A DNA stretch of 64,000 bases from Octopus bimaculoides (taxonomy: Eukaryota): NCBI RefSeq assembly GCF_001194135.2, contig NC_068984.1, positions 18,378,899-18,442,898 of the forward strand, in the 5' to 3' direction. Shown here one piece after another: positions 1-10,280 of this stretch. Below the pieces are notes generated by a model, which saw only the letters and a list, made by a program, of their open reading frames with translations, was not told the origin of the DNA and did no database searches. Within the stretch, counting starts at the first letter, position 1. Each line of letters begins with the position of its first letter. The translations under genes were made by a program, and so were the position numbers.

Positions 1-29
1 ATAATTACATTATCAATATTTCAAATCTA

Positions 30-1307
30 TTAGGCCATCCCATAAATAATGTGGTTTTTTTCAATTGCATGAACTAGAAGTTGGAGGGGGACAGGATAAA
101 CTACCTAAATCAACTTGCTATAAAAGCAGGTAGTAATTTTACCTTGCCCTTATTCTTAGTGCAAGTTTTGAAGAGTGCAGTTCAATTTTAATAATATTTT
201 CAAAGCTATAATGGAAGTGACAAAGGAGCATATTCAGCTTATTTTGCTTTATGAGGTCAATAAAAGCAACAGTGCAATGGAAAGTGTGAGGAATATTAAT
301 ACAGTATATGGGGATTGGACAATAAGCGTAAGCCAGTGCCAATGGTGGTTCCAGAAATTCTGAGCCGGAAACTGCAACCTAGAAGACAAAACTCATCCTG
401 GAAGATCTGCAGAGCTCGACAAGGACATCCTGCAAACCCTAGTGGAACAAAATCCCATTGTAACTGTTGAAGAACTAGCAGAAAAACTTGGATTTGGTCA
501 TTCAACCATTCATCAACACCTGCATGCCATCAAAAAAGTCAGCAGATTGAGTCAATGGGTTCCTCCCAAACTTTCCAAGTGTAAGCGTGTGCAGAGAGTG
601 CATGTGTGCTCTTCTTTGCTGTCATGTCTCATGAATGAACCTTCTTTGGACCGAATAGTGACTGGTGACGAGAAACGAGTTCTCTATAAAAATGTCAAGC
701 ACCAAAGACAGTGGGTGGCGAAAGAGGGAAACACCAGCACCCCAGGCTAAAGAAGGTCTTCACCCACGTAAGGTGTTGTTATATGTTTGGTGGGATATGA
801 AAGATTTAGTCCACTTTGAATTTTTAAACCCAAACCAAACAATAACAAAGGAGATCTACTGTGAGCAACTTAAGTCAGCACTAGAAGAAAATCGACCATC
901 TTTGGTTTCAAGAGGAAAGGTGTTCTTCTAACAGGATAAAGCTCAGCCACATACAGCGAGGATGACATTCCTAAGGCTGGAGCAGTTTGAATGGGAAACG
1001 ATGCCCCACCCACCATATTTGCCGGACATTGTTCCATCTGATTATCATTTATTCCTCAGTCTTCAAAATCATTTGGATGGAAAAAAATATGAATTCTGTA
1101 GATGAGGTCAGAACAGTACTGGAGGAGTATATTTTTTCACAGACAAGTGAATTTTGAAGAGGGGTCTTGCAAATTTACCATATAGATGGAAGTGCATTGT
1201 AGAAAATGAAGGAGAGTATATTTTATATTAAAAAAAGAACTTTGTTTATCTTAATTTTGAAAAATAAATGAAGTATAAAAAACTGCATTATTTATGAAAC
1301 GACCCAA
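30..1307 (+). mobile_element. Near full-length decayed mariner (DD34D) DNA transposon
   Basis: Degenerate TIRs TTAGGCCATCCCATAAATAATGTGGTTTTTT (from 30) and the reverse complement of AAAAAACTGCATTATTTATGAAACGACCCAA (to 1307), flanked by TA at 28-29 and 1308-1309. Length is 1278 bp. Transposase remnants run from ATG 211: MEVTKEHIQLILLYE, QWVPPKL, RIVTGDEK, HPRKVLLYVWWD, QDKAQPH, HPPYLPDIVPSDYHLF. There are 34 residues between the second and third catalytic Asp, with stops (361, ~929) and frameshifts. Confidence 0.93.
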
Positions 1308-1770
1308 TACAAGATAATGCATGATTAATTCAAAACAATATGAATAAATAAGCATTATCTTTGAAAGAAAAATGTGAATGCTAAAGGGTTAAGTTGGAAT
1401 GGATTGAGTAATGGTGATTGAGAGACTGAGAATACAAGGTATATGCCAAATGAATAGAAACGCTAATTCTAGTGAATTTATAAGAGAATCATTTAACAAA
1501 GTCTTAAGCATAAATTTGTTGATTTAAGAAAATTATTTGATTTTATATATATATATATATATTGAGAAAAAAGAAAGTCGGCAGAATTTTGGAAAAAAAT
1601 CTTTTCATTTCTTCTCTGTTCCTTCCTAGAACTTGTCAAATAAGGAACGAAAGCGCTAATAATAAATAAATAAATAAAAGGATTTTTTTCCAAAATTCTG
1701 ATGACTTTTTTTTCTCAATATTCAATTTCTGTACATCACACCTAACACTCTCTTTCTATATATATATATA

Positions 1771-1809
<39 letters not shown>

Positions 1810-1811
<2 letters not shown>

Positions 1812-2060
1812 AGAATTCACAAAAAAACAAAAGACGAAGACAGGTGGTGTAGAAAACAAATAGATGTATTAGTATAACGCTCGGGAATTGAAAATGTCTT
1901 TAACGTTTCGAGCCTACACTCTTCCACAGAAAGAAACAAGGAGAGAAACAAAGAGAGAAAAACAATGTGTGTAATGGCTAGCGATCTATCATGGCGAATG
2001 CTGGACAGAAAGGTCACACAGGAGAGCTAAGGAGAAGGGGAGATAACAAAGTAGTAGTGA
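1810..2060 (-). mobile_element. Penelope-like pseudo-LTR fragment with a variant minimal hammerhead motif
   Basis: The minus strand at 1934-1897 reads TCTTT-CTGTGGA-A-GAGT gtag GCTC-GAA-ACGT-T-AAAGA (stem I 5 bp, stem II 4 bp, palindromic stem III). The element boundaries are approximate. Confidence 0.5.
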
Positions 2061-2086
2061 TCCCAACTATAGAAGAGGATATATTA

Positions 2087-2620
2087 CAGGGTAACCCCCA
2101 AAAACAGAACCCATAAAATTTTATCAAATCCTGCAAAGGTCCAGCAAATTTCTTGAAATTTGCTGGAATTAAACTTGGGTCTGTGTATGTTCATTCCCTT
2201 TGCATAAAAGTCAAGTTCTTTTCAAAATATGCTCCAAATGGCCTCTGCGACATTGGAGGCACACTTGCATACGTCGTGCAAAATTATCAATTACTTGAAC
2301 ACATTCCTCGTTGGAGATTTCCCATGATTGCTGCCTTCAGTTCACCAGTCATTTGAGGGTTATTCTGATAAACATTATCCTTGAGATACCCCCACAGATA
2401 AAACTCGGGGGAGGGGTCAAGTCCAGAGACTGCGGTGACCACTCAACACCACACTTCCTGCTGATCGGTCTCTCCTGAAATCACTCTGTCAGCCGGGCTA
2501 GGGAGTCATTTGATGCAGTGGTGGGGTGGACCTCATCTTGCTGGAATCCCTGTTCATCTCAATCTATCCCACTGCATCCAATTTGCCATTAAAATGACAG
2601 TGTGATAGTGATCATGAGTC
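2087..2620 (-). mobile_element. 3' part of a Tc1/mariner-superfamily transposon, rosa/DD41D-like, decayed
   Basis: Minus-strand translation gives FQQD..., FQERPISRKCGVEWSPQSLDLTPP, a frameshift, then FYLWGYLKDNVYQNNPQMTGELKAAI. About 41 residues separate the second and third catalytic positions. The terminus TA|CAGGGTAACCCCC is at 2085-2099. Confidence 0.75.
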
Positions 2621-3231
2621 TTTTAGCATTCCAATGCATATATTCTTTCTTTTTTAATATTTTTTCTAATTAAATGGTTTTAAGATTATAACGAAGTAAA
2701 ATTTATGTATTAATTCTAATTATGCACTAGCCTCAACCTGTTAACTTTTTTTTCTATAACCTGCTGATCAGTGCAAAACTCAAGCTGGACATATCAGAAT
2801 ATGAAGAGAAGTTCTTGCTTTATTCTCAGTCCCGAGTGACTGACTAGAATGAATGTTCTCTGCTGTTAATATTTCTCTACTTTCTCTGTTCTTTGTTCAG
2901 TTATTACTTTACTAATTCCAATCATAGAAAAAAATCAAATGTCTTATGTAATTATAAAAAAACTGTGTTGGCTGTAAGAATCAAATTATTTTGTTCTGTA
3001 CTTTTATAATCAAGTGACTGGATAAGCCTAATCATGCAACTAGCCATGATATAAAATTGATTTCTTTTGTCAACGCAAAAAGATCTGATCTTCTATTTCT
3101 GTTTTGTGAGAATAACAACTAGAATGTTATTTCATTCATGCTTTTCCATAAAGCATATCAACATGAATCAAATAACTTTTACCAAGAAATTACAACTTTG
3201 TCTACGCCATACTCTGAATTATCCAGGAACA

Positions 3232-3330
3232 TCATCATCATCATCATCATTTAACGTCCGCTTTCCATGCTAGCATGGGTTGGACGATTTGACTGAGGAC
3301 TGGTGAAACCGGATGGCAACACCAGGCTCA
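3232..3330 (-). mobile_element. 5'-truncated RTE-type 3' end with (GAT)n tail, young subfamily
   Basis: (CAT)n followed by TTTAACGTCCGCTTTCCATGCTAGCATGGGTTGGACG..., essentially identical to 63775-63870 and very close to 47415-47545. Confidence 0.8.
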
Positions 3331-3371
3331 TGATCTGAAATTATACTGGTCAATAAAGAAACAGTTAGCTA

Positions 3372-3786
3372 AGGAGTGGCTGTGTGGATAGGCACAGGAG
3401 TGGCTGTGTGGTAAGTAGCTTGCTTACCAACCACGTGGTTCCGGGTTCAGTCCCACTGCGTGGCACCTTGGGCAAGTGTCTTCTATTATAGCCTCAGGCT
3501 GACCAAAGCCTTGTGAGTGGATTTGGTAAACGGAAACTGAAAGAAGCCCGTCATATATATGTATATATATATATATGTGTGTGTGTGTCTGTGTTTGTCC
3601 CCCCAACATCGCTTGACAACCGATGGCGGTGTGTTTACATCCCCGTAACTTAGCAGTTCAGCAAAAGAGACCGATAGAATAAGTACTAGGTTTACAAAGA
3701 ATAAGTCCTGGGGTCGATTTGCTCGACTAAAGGCAGTGCTCCAGCATGGCCACAGTCAAATGACTGAAAGAAGTAAAAGAGTAAGA
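3372..3786 (+). mobile_element. tRNA-derived SINE family A, full length, with a duplicated 5' head segment
   Basis: A-box-like TGGCTGTGTGG occurs twice (from ~3377 and ~3401). It has a B-box GGTTCAGTCCC, a CORE-like CCTTGGGCAAGTGTCTT segment, an internal (TA)n(TG)n tract and a 3' GTAAAAGA tail. It matches 49815-50223. Confidence 0.88.
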
Positions 3787-3789
3787 GTC

Positions 3790-4150
3790 ATCCATCTATT
3801 TTCTCTACCCAATATTCTTGAAAATGTCATGGGAGTAGAGTCCTTGGGCACTTCTTCTGTATGGCCCTACCAGAAGGAACTGTCATTACACTTTTCAACT
3901 GGATTTCCAAGCGTAACCAACTGAGACTATGGATATTATCCAGCCATCTCGTTCTTGGTCAACCCTTGGCCTCCTGCCAGATGGCTTGGTTTGAAGAATC
4001 CATTTACTAATTCTCTCCTGCAACATACTGACCACATGTCTGCAGTACTGGATTTGTGGGCCCTGAATGTAAAGTAGCAGCAGTTTGACCTGGAGAGGCA
4101 CTCTGATCTTTGAGCTATGCACTCTGTCAATTAACACTATTTCAGAGATC
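3790..4150 (-). mobile_element. RTE-clade (Expander/Rex3-like) LINE 3' fragment
   Basis: Minus-strand translation gives HVVSMLQERISKWILQTKPSGRRPR, a frameshift, then RPRTRWLDNIHSLSWLRLEI, ending in a GATGGATG-like tail. A second copy is at 61535-61765. Confidence 0.65.
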
Positions 4151-4314
4151 CACTTGTATTCATGATCACACACCTTTGGTAATTATCTCATGGCCACAGG
4201 TGAAGATAGGCACAAAGAGTTTGGCTTTTTTATCAACTGCTCCTCTTTTGAGGATCAAACTCTGATGCTGGCACATCACTCTAAATTGTATTTCTTTTTT
4301 TAATTATTTTCCAG

Positions 4315-4426
4315 ATCCTTAACAACACTTGGTCTAGTTATATCAGCTTTAGCTGACCAAGCTGCTGGGAAGAACAAGAATAAATTTGTACCATACCGAG
4401 ACTCTGTCCTGACATGGCTGCTAAAG
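4315..4426 (+). CDS. KIF13: Kinesin-3 KIF13-like internal exon (motor domain: [37 protein letters not shown])
   Basis: Acceptor TTTTCCAG ends at 4314 and donor GTAATG starts at 4427. The exon starts in phase 2 and ends in phase 0. It contains the kinesin SLTTLG and [13 protein letters not shown] motifs. Confidence 0.97.
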
Positions 4427-4536
4427 GTAATGTCTATATGTATATATTTATTGATTCTACTATTCTGTTGGTATTTTTTCTCTCTCTTTAAATTTTCTAA
4501 GTAAAATTTAAAGATAACTTCATGTTTATTATTTAC

Positions 4537-4682
4537 ATTATTTACATTTGACAGATATTTGTCCTCATCTTGTTTGTTGTTAACACGTTTTGGCTGATAT
4601 ACCCTCCAGCCTTCATCAGGTGTCTTGGGGAAATTTCGAACCTGGGTTCTCATTCCTAATGTATTTTTCAATGTTGTTGTTG

Positions 4683-4724
<42 letters not shown>

Positions 4725-5068
4725 CCACTGCCTGGAATCGAACTCAGAATCTTGGAGTTAGTAGCCCACACTCTTAACAACTACGCATACGGGCATATGG
4801 CGTAGTTGTTAAGAGCGTGGGCTACTAACCCCAAGATTCCGAGTTCGATTCCAGGCGGCAACCTGAATAATAATAATAATAACAACTACAACAACATTAA
4901 AAAATACCTTAGGAATGAGAACCCAGGTTCGAAATTTCCCCAAGACACCTGATGAAGGCTGGAGGGTATATCAGCTGAAACGTTGTGTTAACAACAAACA
5001 AGATGAGGACAAATATCCGTCAAATGTAATAATATACATAATTCCTCATCTCTTAAATATAGAACTGA
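4537..5068. mobile_element. Head-to-head inverted pair of a tRNA-headed SINE-like element with a Penelope-type tail containing a hammerhead motif
   Basis: 4537-4790 is the reverse complement of about 4791-5033 at high identity. The right unit has the head GGGCATATGGCGTAGTTGTT..., a B-box GAGTTCGATTCC, an (AAT)n linker, then CCTGATGA...GAAACGTT. Confidence 0.85.
4944..4989 (+). ncRNA. Minimal type I hammerhead ribozyme motif (Penelope-like), intact core
   Basis: GACAC (stem I) - CTGATGA (4949-4955) - A - GGCTG gagggtatat CAGCT (stem II) - GAA - ACGT (palindromic stem III) - T (H17, GUU triplet) - GTGTT (stem I). Confidence 0.72.
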
Positions 5069-5601
5069 ATTTCATGTTTGTTCCATTACTTTGAATCTTA
5101 TTTTTCTGCAAAATTTATTGAAAATTTACTGTCTTGATATATATATGTATATTTCAAAAGACGTTTTTAGAAAGAATTCTCATGATACAGTCACAATATT
5201 TGAAGAAAGATTTTCTTAAATTAAAAATTATTAGTTATGTAGAAGAATCTTAGAAAAACAGAAATTTGTGTTTAGCACTTTCTCTGTTTACAGCTTTTCA
5301 AACACACATTATGGGGTAATCTATACAGAGGAAGTTGTGTTCTTTGAGGTTATTTTAATTCAAGAAGATCTCTCTTTATATATCATCATTATTATATATA
5401 TATTTATTTTCTGTTAACTTTGGAGAAAGATTGAATGAAGTTGAAAAAACTGTGATAAACATGAATAGCCTACAGTTTTATAAGTTTATTTGAAGAGAAA
5501 TTATTTTATGGATTATAAAACTATACTAATGCTATAGCTAACCTAAAGAAATTTACAGCTAAGAAGCTTTCATTGTGCTAATGTGAGTCATTTCTTTACA
5601 G

Positions 5602-5814
5602 GACAACCTTGGTGGTAACAGCAAAACTGTGATGGTAGCTACTGTGAGCCCAGCGGCAGATAACTATGAGGAAACACTTTCCACTTTGCGTTATGCTGAC
5701 CGTGCAAAGAGAATTATAAACCATGCTGTGGTAAACGAAGACCCCAATGCTCGTATCATTCGAGAGCTCAGAGAAGAAGTTGTTGTATTACGTAACCAAC
5801 TCAGCGAAGCTCAG
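5602..5814 (+). CDS. KIF13: Kinesin-3 KIF13-like exon (end of motor domain, neck linker and neck coil: [71 protein letters not shown])
   Basis: TTTCTTTACAG acceptor and GTAAAG donor at 5815. The exon is 213 nt, phase 0/0. It contains the [16 protein letters not shown] and kinesin-3 [16 protein letters not shown] motifs. Confidence 0.98.
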
Positions 5815-6292
5815 GTAAAGAGTTTCTCTCACTACACTTGTGGTACATTTATACATTGATATATCATATTCTGTTATTTGTTTTCAGTTAGTGGACTGTT
5901 ATCAAGCTGGGTCACTGTCTTGAAGAGTCTAGTTGAACAAATCTACCCCATGGCTTATTTTAAGTGTGATATTTATTTTGTCAGTCCCCTTTTTGTTGGA
6001 CCACTAAGTTGTGGAGATGTAAAAATACAGACACTAGTCACAATGTGGTGAGGGTTGTGAGGTCCCACACAGTTCCCATCTACCTAATTCATTCATTGTT
6101 TGGCCCAAGATCATAGTAGAAGACACTTGTTCATGGTGCCATGCAGGGGGGAGGGAGTGAAGTGAACTGTTAAACCACACAGGCATGCCTGTTGCTGTTA
6201 AGTCCATTATCCTGTCCCTGTTGTGTTTTTCCTTACTGCTATTTTGCAGAAAATTTTATATTTCAAATTCATCATGAACTTGTTGATATAGG

Positions 6293-6715
6293 TGTAGGTA
6301 TGGCTGTGTGGTAAGAAGTTTACTTCTCAACCATATGGTTTTAGGTTCAGTCCCACTGCATGGAACCTTCAGCAAGTGTCTTCCACTATAGCCTTGGGTT
6401 GATCAAATCCTTCTGAGTGGATCTGATATATGGAAACTGAGAGAAGACCATTGTGTGCGTGTCTGTCTGTTTGTCTGTCAGTCTGTGTCTTTATGTCTAT
6501 GTTTGCCCCCACCAATGCTTAACAACTGATGCTGGTGTGTTTATGTCCCCATAACTTAGTAGTTCAACTAAAGAGATTATAGTAGAATAAGTACCAAGTT
6601 TAAAATATAAGTAGTAGGGTTGATTCATTCGACTAAAATTCTTCAAAGCAGTGCCCCAGCATGGCTGCAGTCTAGTAACTGAAACACATAAAAGATAAAG
6701 ATAAAAGATGAAGTA
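6293..6715 (+). mobile_element. SINE family A, diverged full-length copy
   Basis: Head TAGGTATGGCTGTGTGGTAAG, B-box and CORE-like segment, with an (AAAGAT)n tail. Confidence 0.8.
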
Positions 6716-7619
6716 GAAAATCATTCTATGCAAAAGCTATGACTTCCTATCATGTCAGACTATGAAATATGTGGGTTACAGTTCGTTACTATGTAACAAT
6801 GAAATATTATTGTTTAGCCTCAAGTTAGCCCTTATTGAGCAGATCTATGATTGAAGGTGTTCAAGCTGTGAAAATCTCATTATTGTCTAAATTATACTTA
6901 ACATTCCATTAATACACATTTGTTTACACATTTTCTTCCATTTCTTGAGATGGTAGATGTGGTTTGCAAAAAATTCAGCTGCTGTTTTTAGCAGTCATGA
7001 AATGTAAATACTGAATGTAAAAAAAAAAAAACATTTAATAAAAAAAAATGTTGATTCAAAGAAAAATGGGTATATAGGAATTATTTGTATCATGGTATGA
7101 ATCTGTATTATTCACATGGTATGGATAATCAATAAAAATAGACAATGAGATCATCATCCTCATCATTTAGTGTCCACTTCTTTACATGTGCATGGGTTAG
7201 ACAGGATTTGTAGAAGTGGATATTCTACAACCAGATGCCTTCCTGTTGTTGACCTTCACCTGTTTCCAAGCAAAGTAATGTTTTCCACAGAAGACAGGAA
7301 ATAAACATCAATTGTATGATGGTGATGCTTGCTTACAACCCTTGTGTGAGGTCAAAAGACTAGGTTGCACACACACATGCATGTATATATATATATATAT
7401 ATATATAGATAGATAGATAGATAGATAGATGCCTTGTAAAAATCACTCAGTATACTCTGTAAAGTGGTTGGAGTCAAGAAAGGCATCTAGCCATAGAAAC
7501 CATGCCAGAACAAACAATTGGAGCCCAGTGCAGCTCTCTTGCTGGCCAGCTCTTGTCAAACTACCCATGCCAGCATGGGTAGTTTGACATTAATGACAAT
7601 GATATATATATAGTAAATC

Positions 7620-7790
7620 CAAAAAGAACAAACACAAAAGAACTTCAACGCGAGGATGTGGTACATGTAATGTATTAGCTGACGCTCAGGAAAGGAAAGA
7701 AAGATGGTTTAACGTTTCAAGCAGGCGCTCTTCTTCGGAAACAGAGGAAAGTTTAATAGAAGGGAAGACCAAGGAAGTAAATCACCAAGT
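7620..7790 (-). mobile_element. Penelope-like pseudo-LTR fragment with a mutated minimal hammerhead motif
   Basis: The minus strand at 7742-7707 reads GTTT-CCGAAGA-A-GAGC gcct GCTT-GAA-ACGT-T-AAAC. The design matches 1897-1934, with a U4C change in the core. Confidence 0.5.
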
Positions 7791-9213
7791 TTCCATCTAC
7801 CAAATCCACATTCAAAACAATGGTTGGTCTGAGGCTATAGTAGAAGACACTTGCATAAGGTGCCTTACAGTGGAACTGAACCCAGAACCACATGGCTGTC
7901 ACACAGGTTTATTAATCACACAGTCATGCTTTTGCTATGCACTGTGCATATCTTACTTTTTCTTTTTTGTGGTAGGGTGTGCTTAAGCTACTGTCAAGCA
8001 GGCCAAGCAACCATTTAGAGGGGCCCTCGTTAGCTCATAATAACATTAAAAGTGGGGATTTGTGCAGTGTTGGCAATCGTGAATTTAAGTGAAACTATTC
8101 TGAATAGCAATGAAAACCAGGTTGTGGATTTGGCTTTGGCAAAAACTTACCAGAATGGCATGAGCCTATCTGTTCTTGAAGAGTATAGATAATAAAACAT
8201 ATAACAATATTATCTACATTTGAAGTATAGATAATATATATATGAATCACATGAATATTTACATTCCAGCTATTTCTTATATTGTTGATATGCAACCAAA
8301 GCAGTTTTTTTTTTTTCTTTACCTTTTTAAAAAAAAAAACGTGTTTTTAAAGATTTTCATGATCAAGCTATATTTACTTGTTGGATATCTATATTCTTAA
8401 CAGAACACAGTATCTCTTCTGCTTTTTTTTTTTTTCCTTTTTTTTTTTGTTATTTTTTATTGCCCCCCCCCACTCCCTTTATGTATTTTTTCTCTCTCAG
8501 CACCAAGCCCAGTTTTATTTATGCGCCTTGTGCATACAGCTTTTTTCTTTTTTGTTATTTAGCTATATTTATTGCATCATCATCATCATCATCATTATTA
8601 TTGTTATCATTATTATTATTATTATTATTATTAATGATTATTAGCTGAGACATGCAGAGGAAGATGTTTTAGTTCCATTGAACATAAGTTGCTTTTTATT
8701 ATCTTATTGTAATTTGTATCATATTTAGTAACTGGATAGAATCTTTTATTGTCTTTTTGTGCGTGTGTATGCATGTGGAACATCTCCCTTATGAAGCAGA
8801 GAGTAATTTGAGTTCCAGTTATTGTTCGTTGACAAGGCAGGTCTTTTTTGTTTGTTTTTCTACGCATGGCAGTAGAAGTAGAAGCCTACTCCCCCAGTGT
8901 GAGAGGCTTCAGCCTGCTATCAAGAAGAGGGTAGCAACAATAACAACAAAATGAACAAAGAACAAAGCAATAATAACAAACATGATGTAAAGCCAATGAG
9001 GGAACTACAACATGATTGCTTCTCTTGCTAGAAATAGCAGTCAGTTCTCTCTGAAATCAAATCCCACTGCTGTAGTCTTCGGTACTTCTAAAACAAACAT
9101 CAGATTGTTATACACACATCTGCGAAAAGATGTCTCGAGAGAAAGGAGTGACAGGATAAACACACCTGGAACATATTTGGTCACGATTGACTACTATACC
9201 TTGGCACAGGTTG

Positions 9214-9515
9214 GTGTGTACGTTGCCCTTTCAAAGCCTAGCCAGGCTCATGGGCCCGGTTTCCCGGTTTCTATGGCGTATATGTTCCCCCCAGCTGGAC
9301 GGGACACCAGTCCATCGCAGCATTACTCAAGAAACAGGAAGAAAGAGTGAGAGAAAGTTGGGGCGAAAGAGTACAACAGGGGTCGCCACCATTCCCTGCT
9401 GGAGCCTCGTGGAGCTTAGGTGTTTTCGCTCAATAAACACTCACAATGCCCGATCTGGGAATCGAAACTGCAATCCTCCGACCGCAAGTCCGCTGCCCTA
9501 ACCACTGGGCCATTG
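9214..9515 (-). mobile_element. tRNA-derived SINE family D, near full length
   Basis: The minus strand reads CAATGGCCCAGTGGTTAGGGCAGCGGAC...GTTTCGATTCCCAG (A and B boxes), and the body includes GCGATGGACTGGTGTCCCGTCCAG. A truncated copy is at 38067-38258. Confidence 0.82.
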
Positions 9516-10069
9516 GTATAGATAAATTATGTAGTAGAGGTTTAATCAATGTGTTCACGAGACTACCGAAATGCTCTGTCTGACTACTACTGACCACTAC
9601 TATAAGAGTTCAGCTAGTCCATTCTTCCAATCCTCCAGGGGTGTCAATGACTCTTACCAAAACATTGACCTACAGCTAAACAATGACAAATACAGCAGTA
9701 AGAACAAAGATAATGGCAGTTTCAGCAGAAGCTGCTTAAAATCAGACCAAGATTCCGCCCTGAAACATGTCCAAGAAAGTAAATGAGATTGACAAAAATG
9801 GTAAAATGATACATCACAACCAGGCATTGTTATTTTCTCAACAAAGATGAAATGGAGTGCAACAAAGGACAGTTACTTTCTGGTGTTCCTAGATTTTGAG
9901 ACACCTCGACTTGCACTCTGGCAGAAAAAAGCTATCAAATATATTGGGCTGGGGTTAGTCCACATTACTCCATAAGGTCAGCTAGTACTTAATAACCATC
10001 AAGAAGATATTCTACCAGACACTGCATCTCTCTGCATTTTCTATTGTAGAAAGTATAAGTGTTATTTCT

Positions 10070-10280
10070 TTACTATCCACAAGGGGCTACACACAGAGGG
10101 GACAAACGAATTAAGTCAATTATATCGACCCCAGTGCATAACTGGTACTTATTTAATCAACCCCGAAATGATGAAAGGCAAAGTCGATCTCAGTGGAATT
10201 TTAACTCAGAACATAGTGGCAGACGAAATACCTCTAAGCATTTCACCCAGCGTGCTAACGTTTCTGCCAGCTTGCTGCCC
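10070..10280 (-). mobile_element. SINE family B, diverged
   Basis: Reverse complement of the GGCAGAAACGTTAGCAC...GAGTT(C)AAATTCC...CTTTGCCTTTCATC family. Confidence 0.8.

Noticed and set aside
4791-4865. tRNA-like sequences here and at other SINE heads (e.g. 9440-9515, 49815-49880)
   Set aside because: A and B boxes are present, but there is no convincing acceptor stem, and each continues into a SINE body. They are not called tRNA genes.
9540-9900. Non-repetitive, coding-looking stretch (71-aa ORF 9571-9786)
   Set aside because: I recognise no motif or exon boundaries, so it is left unassigned.
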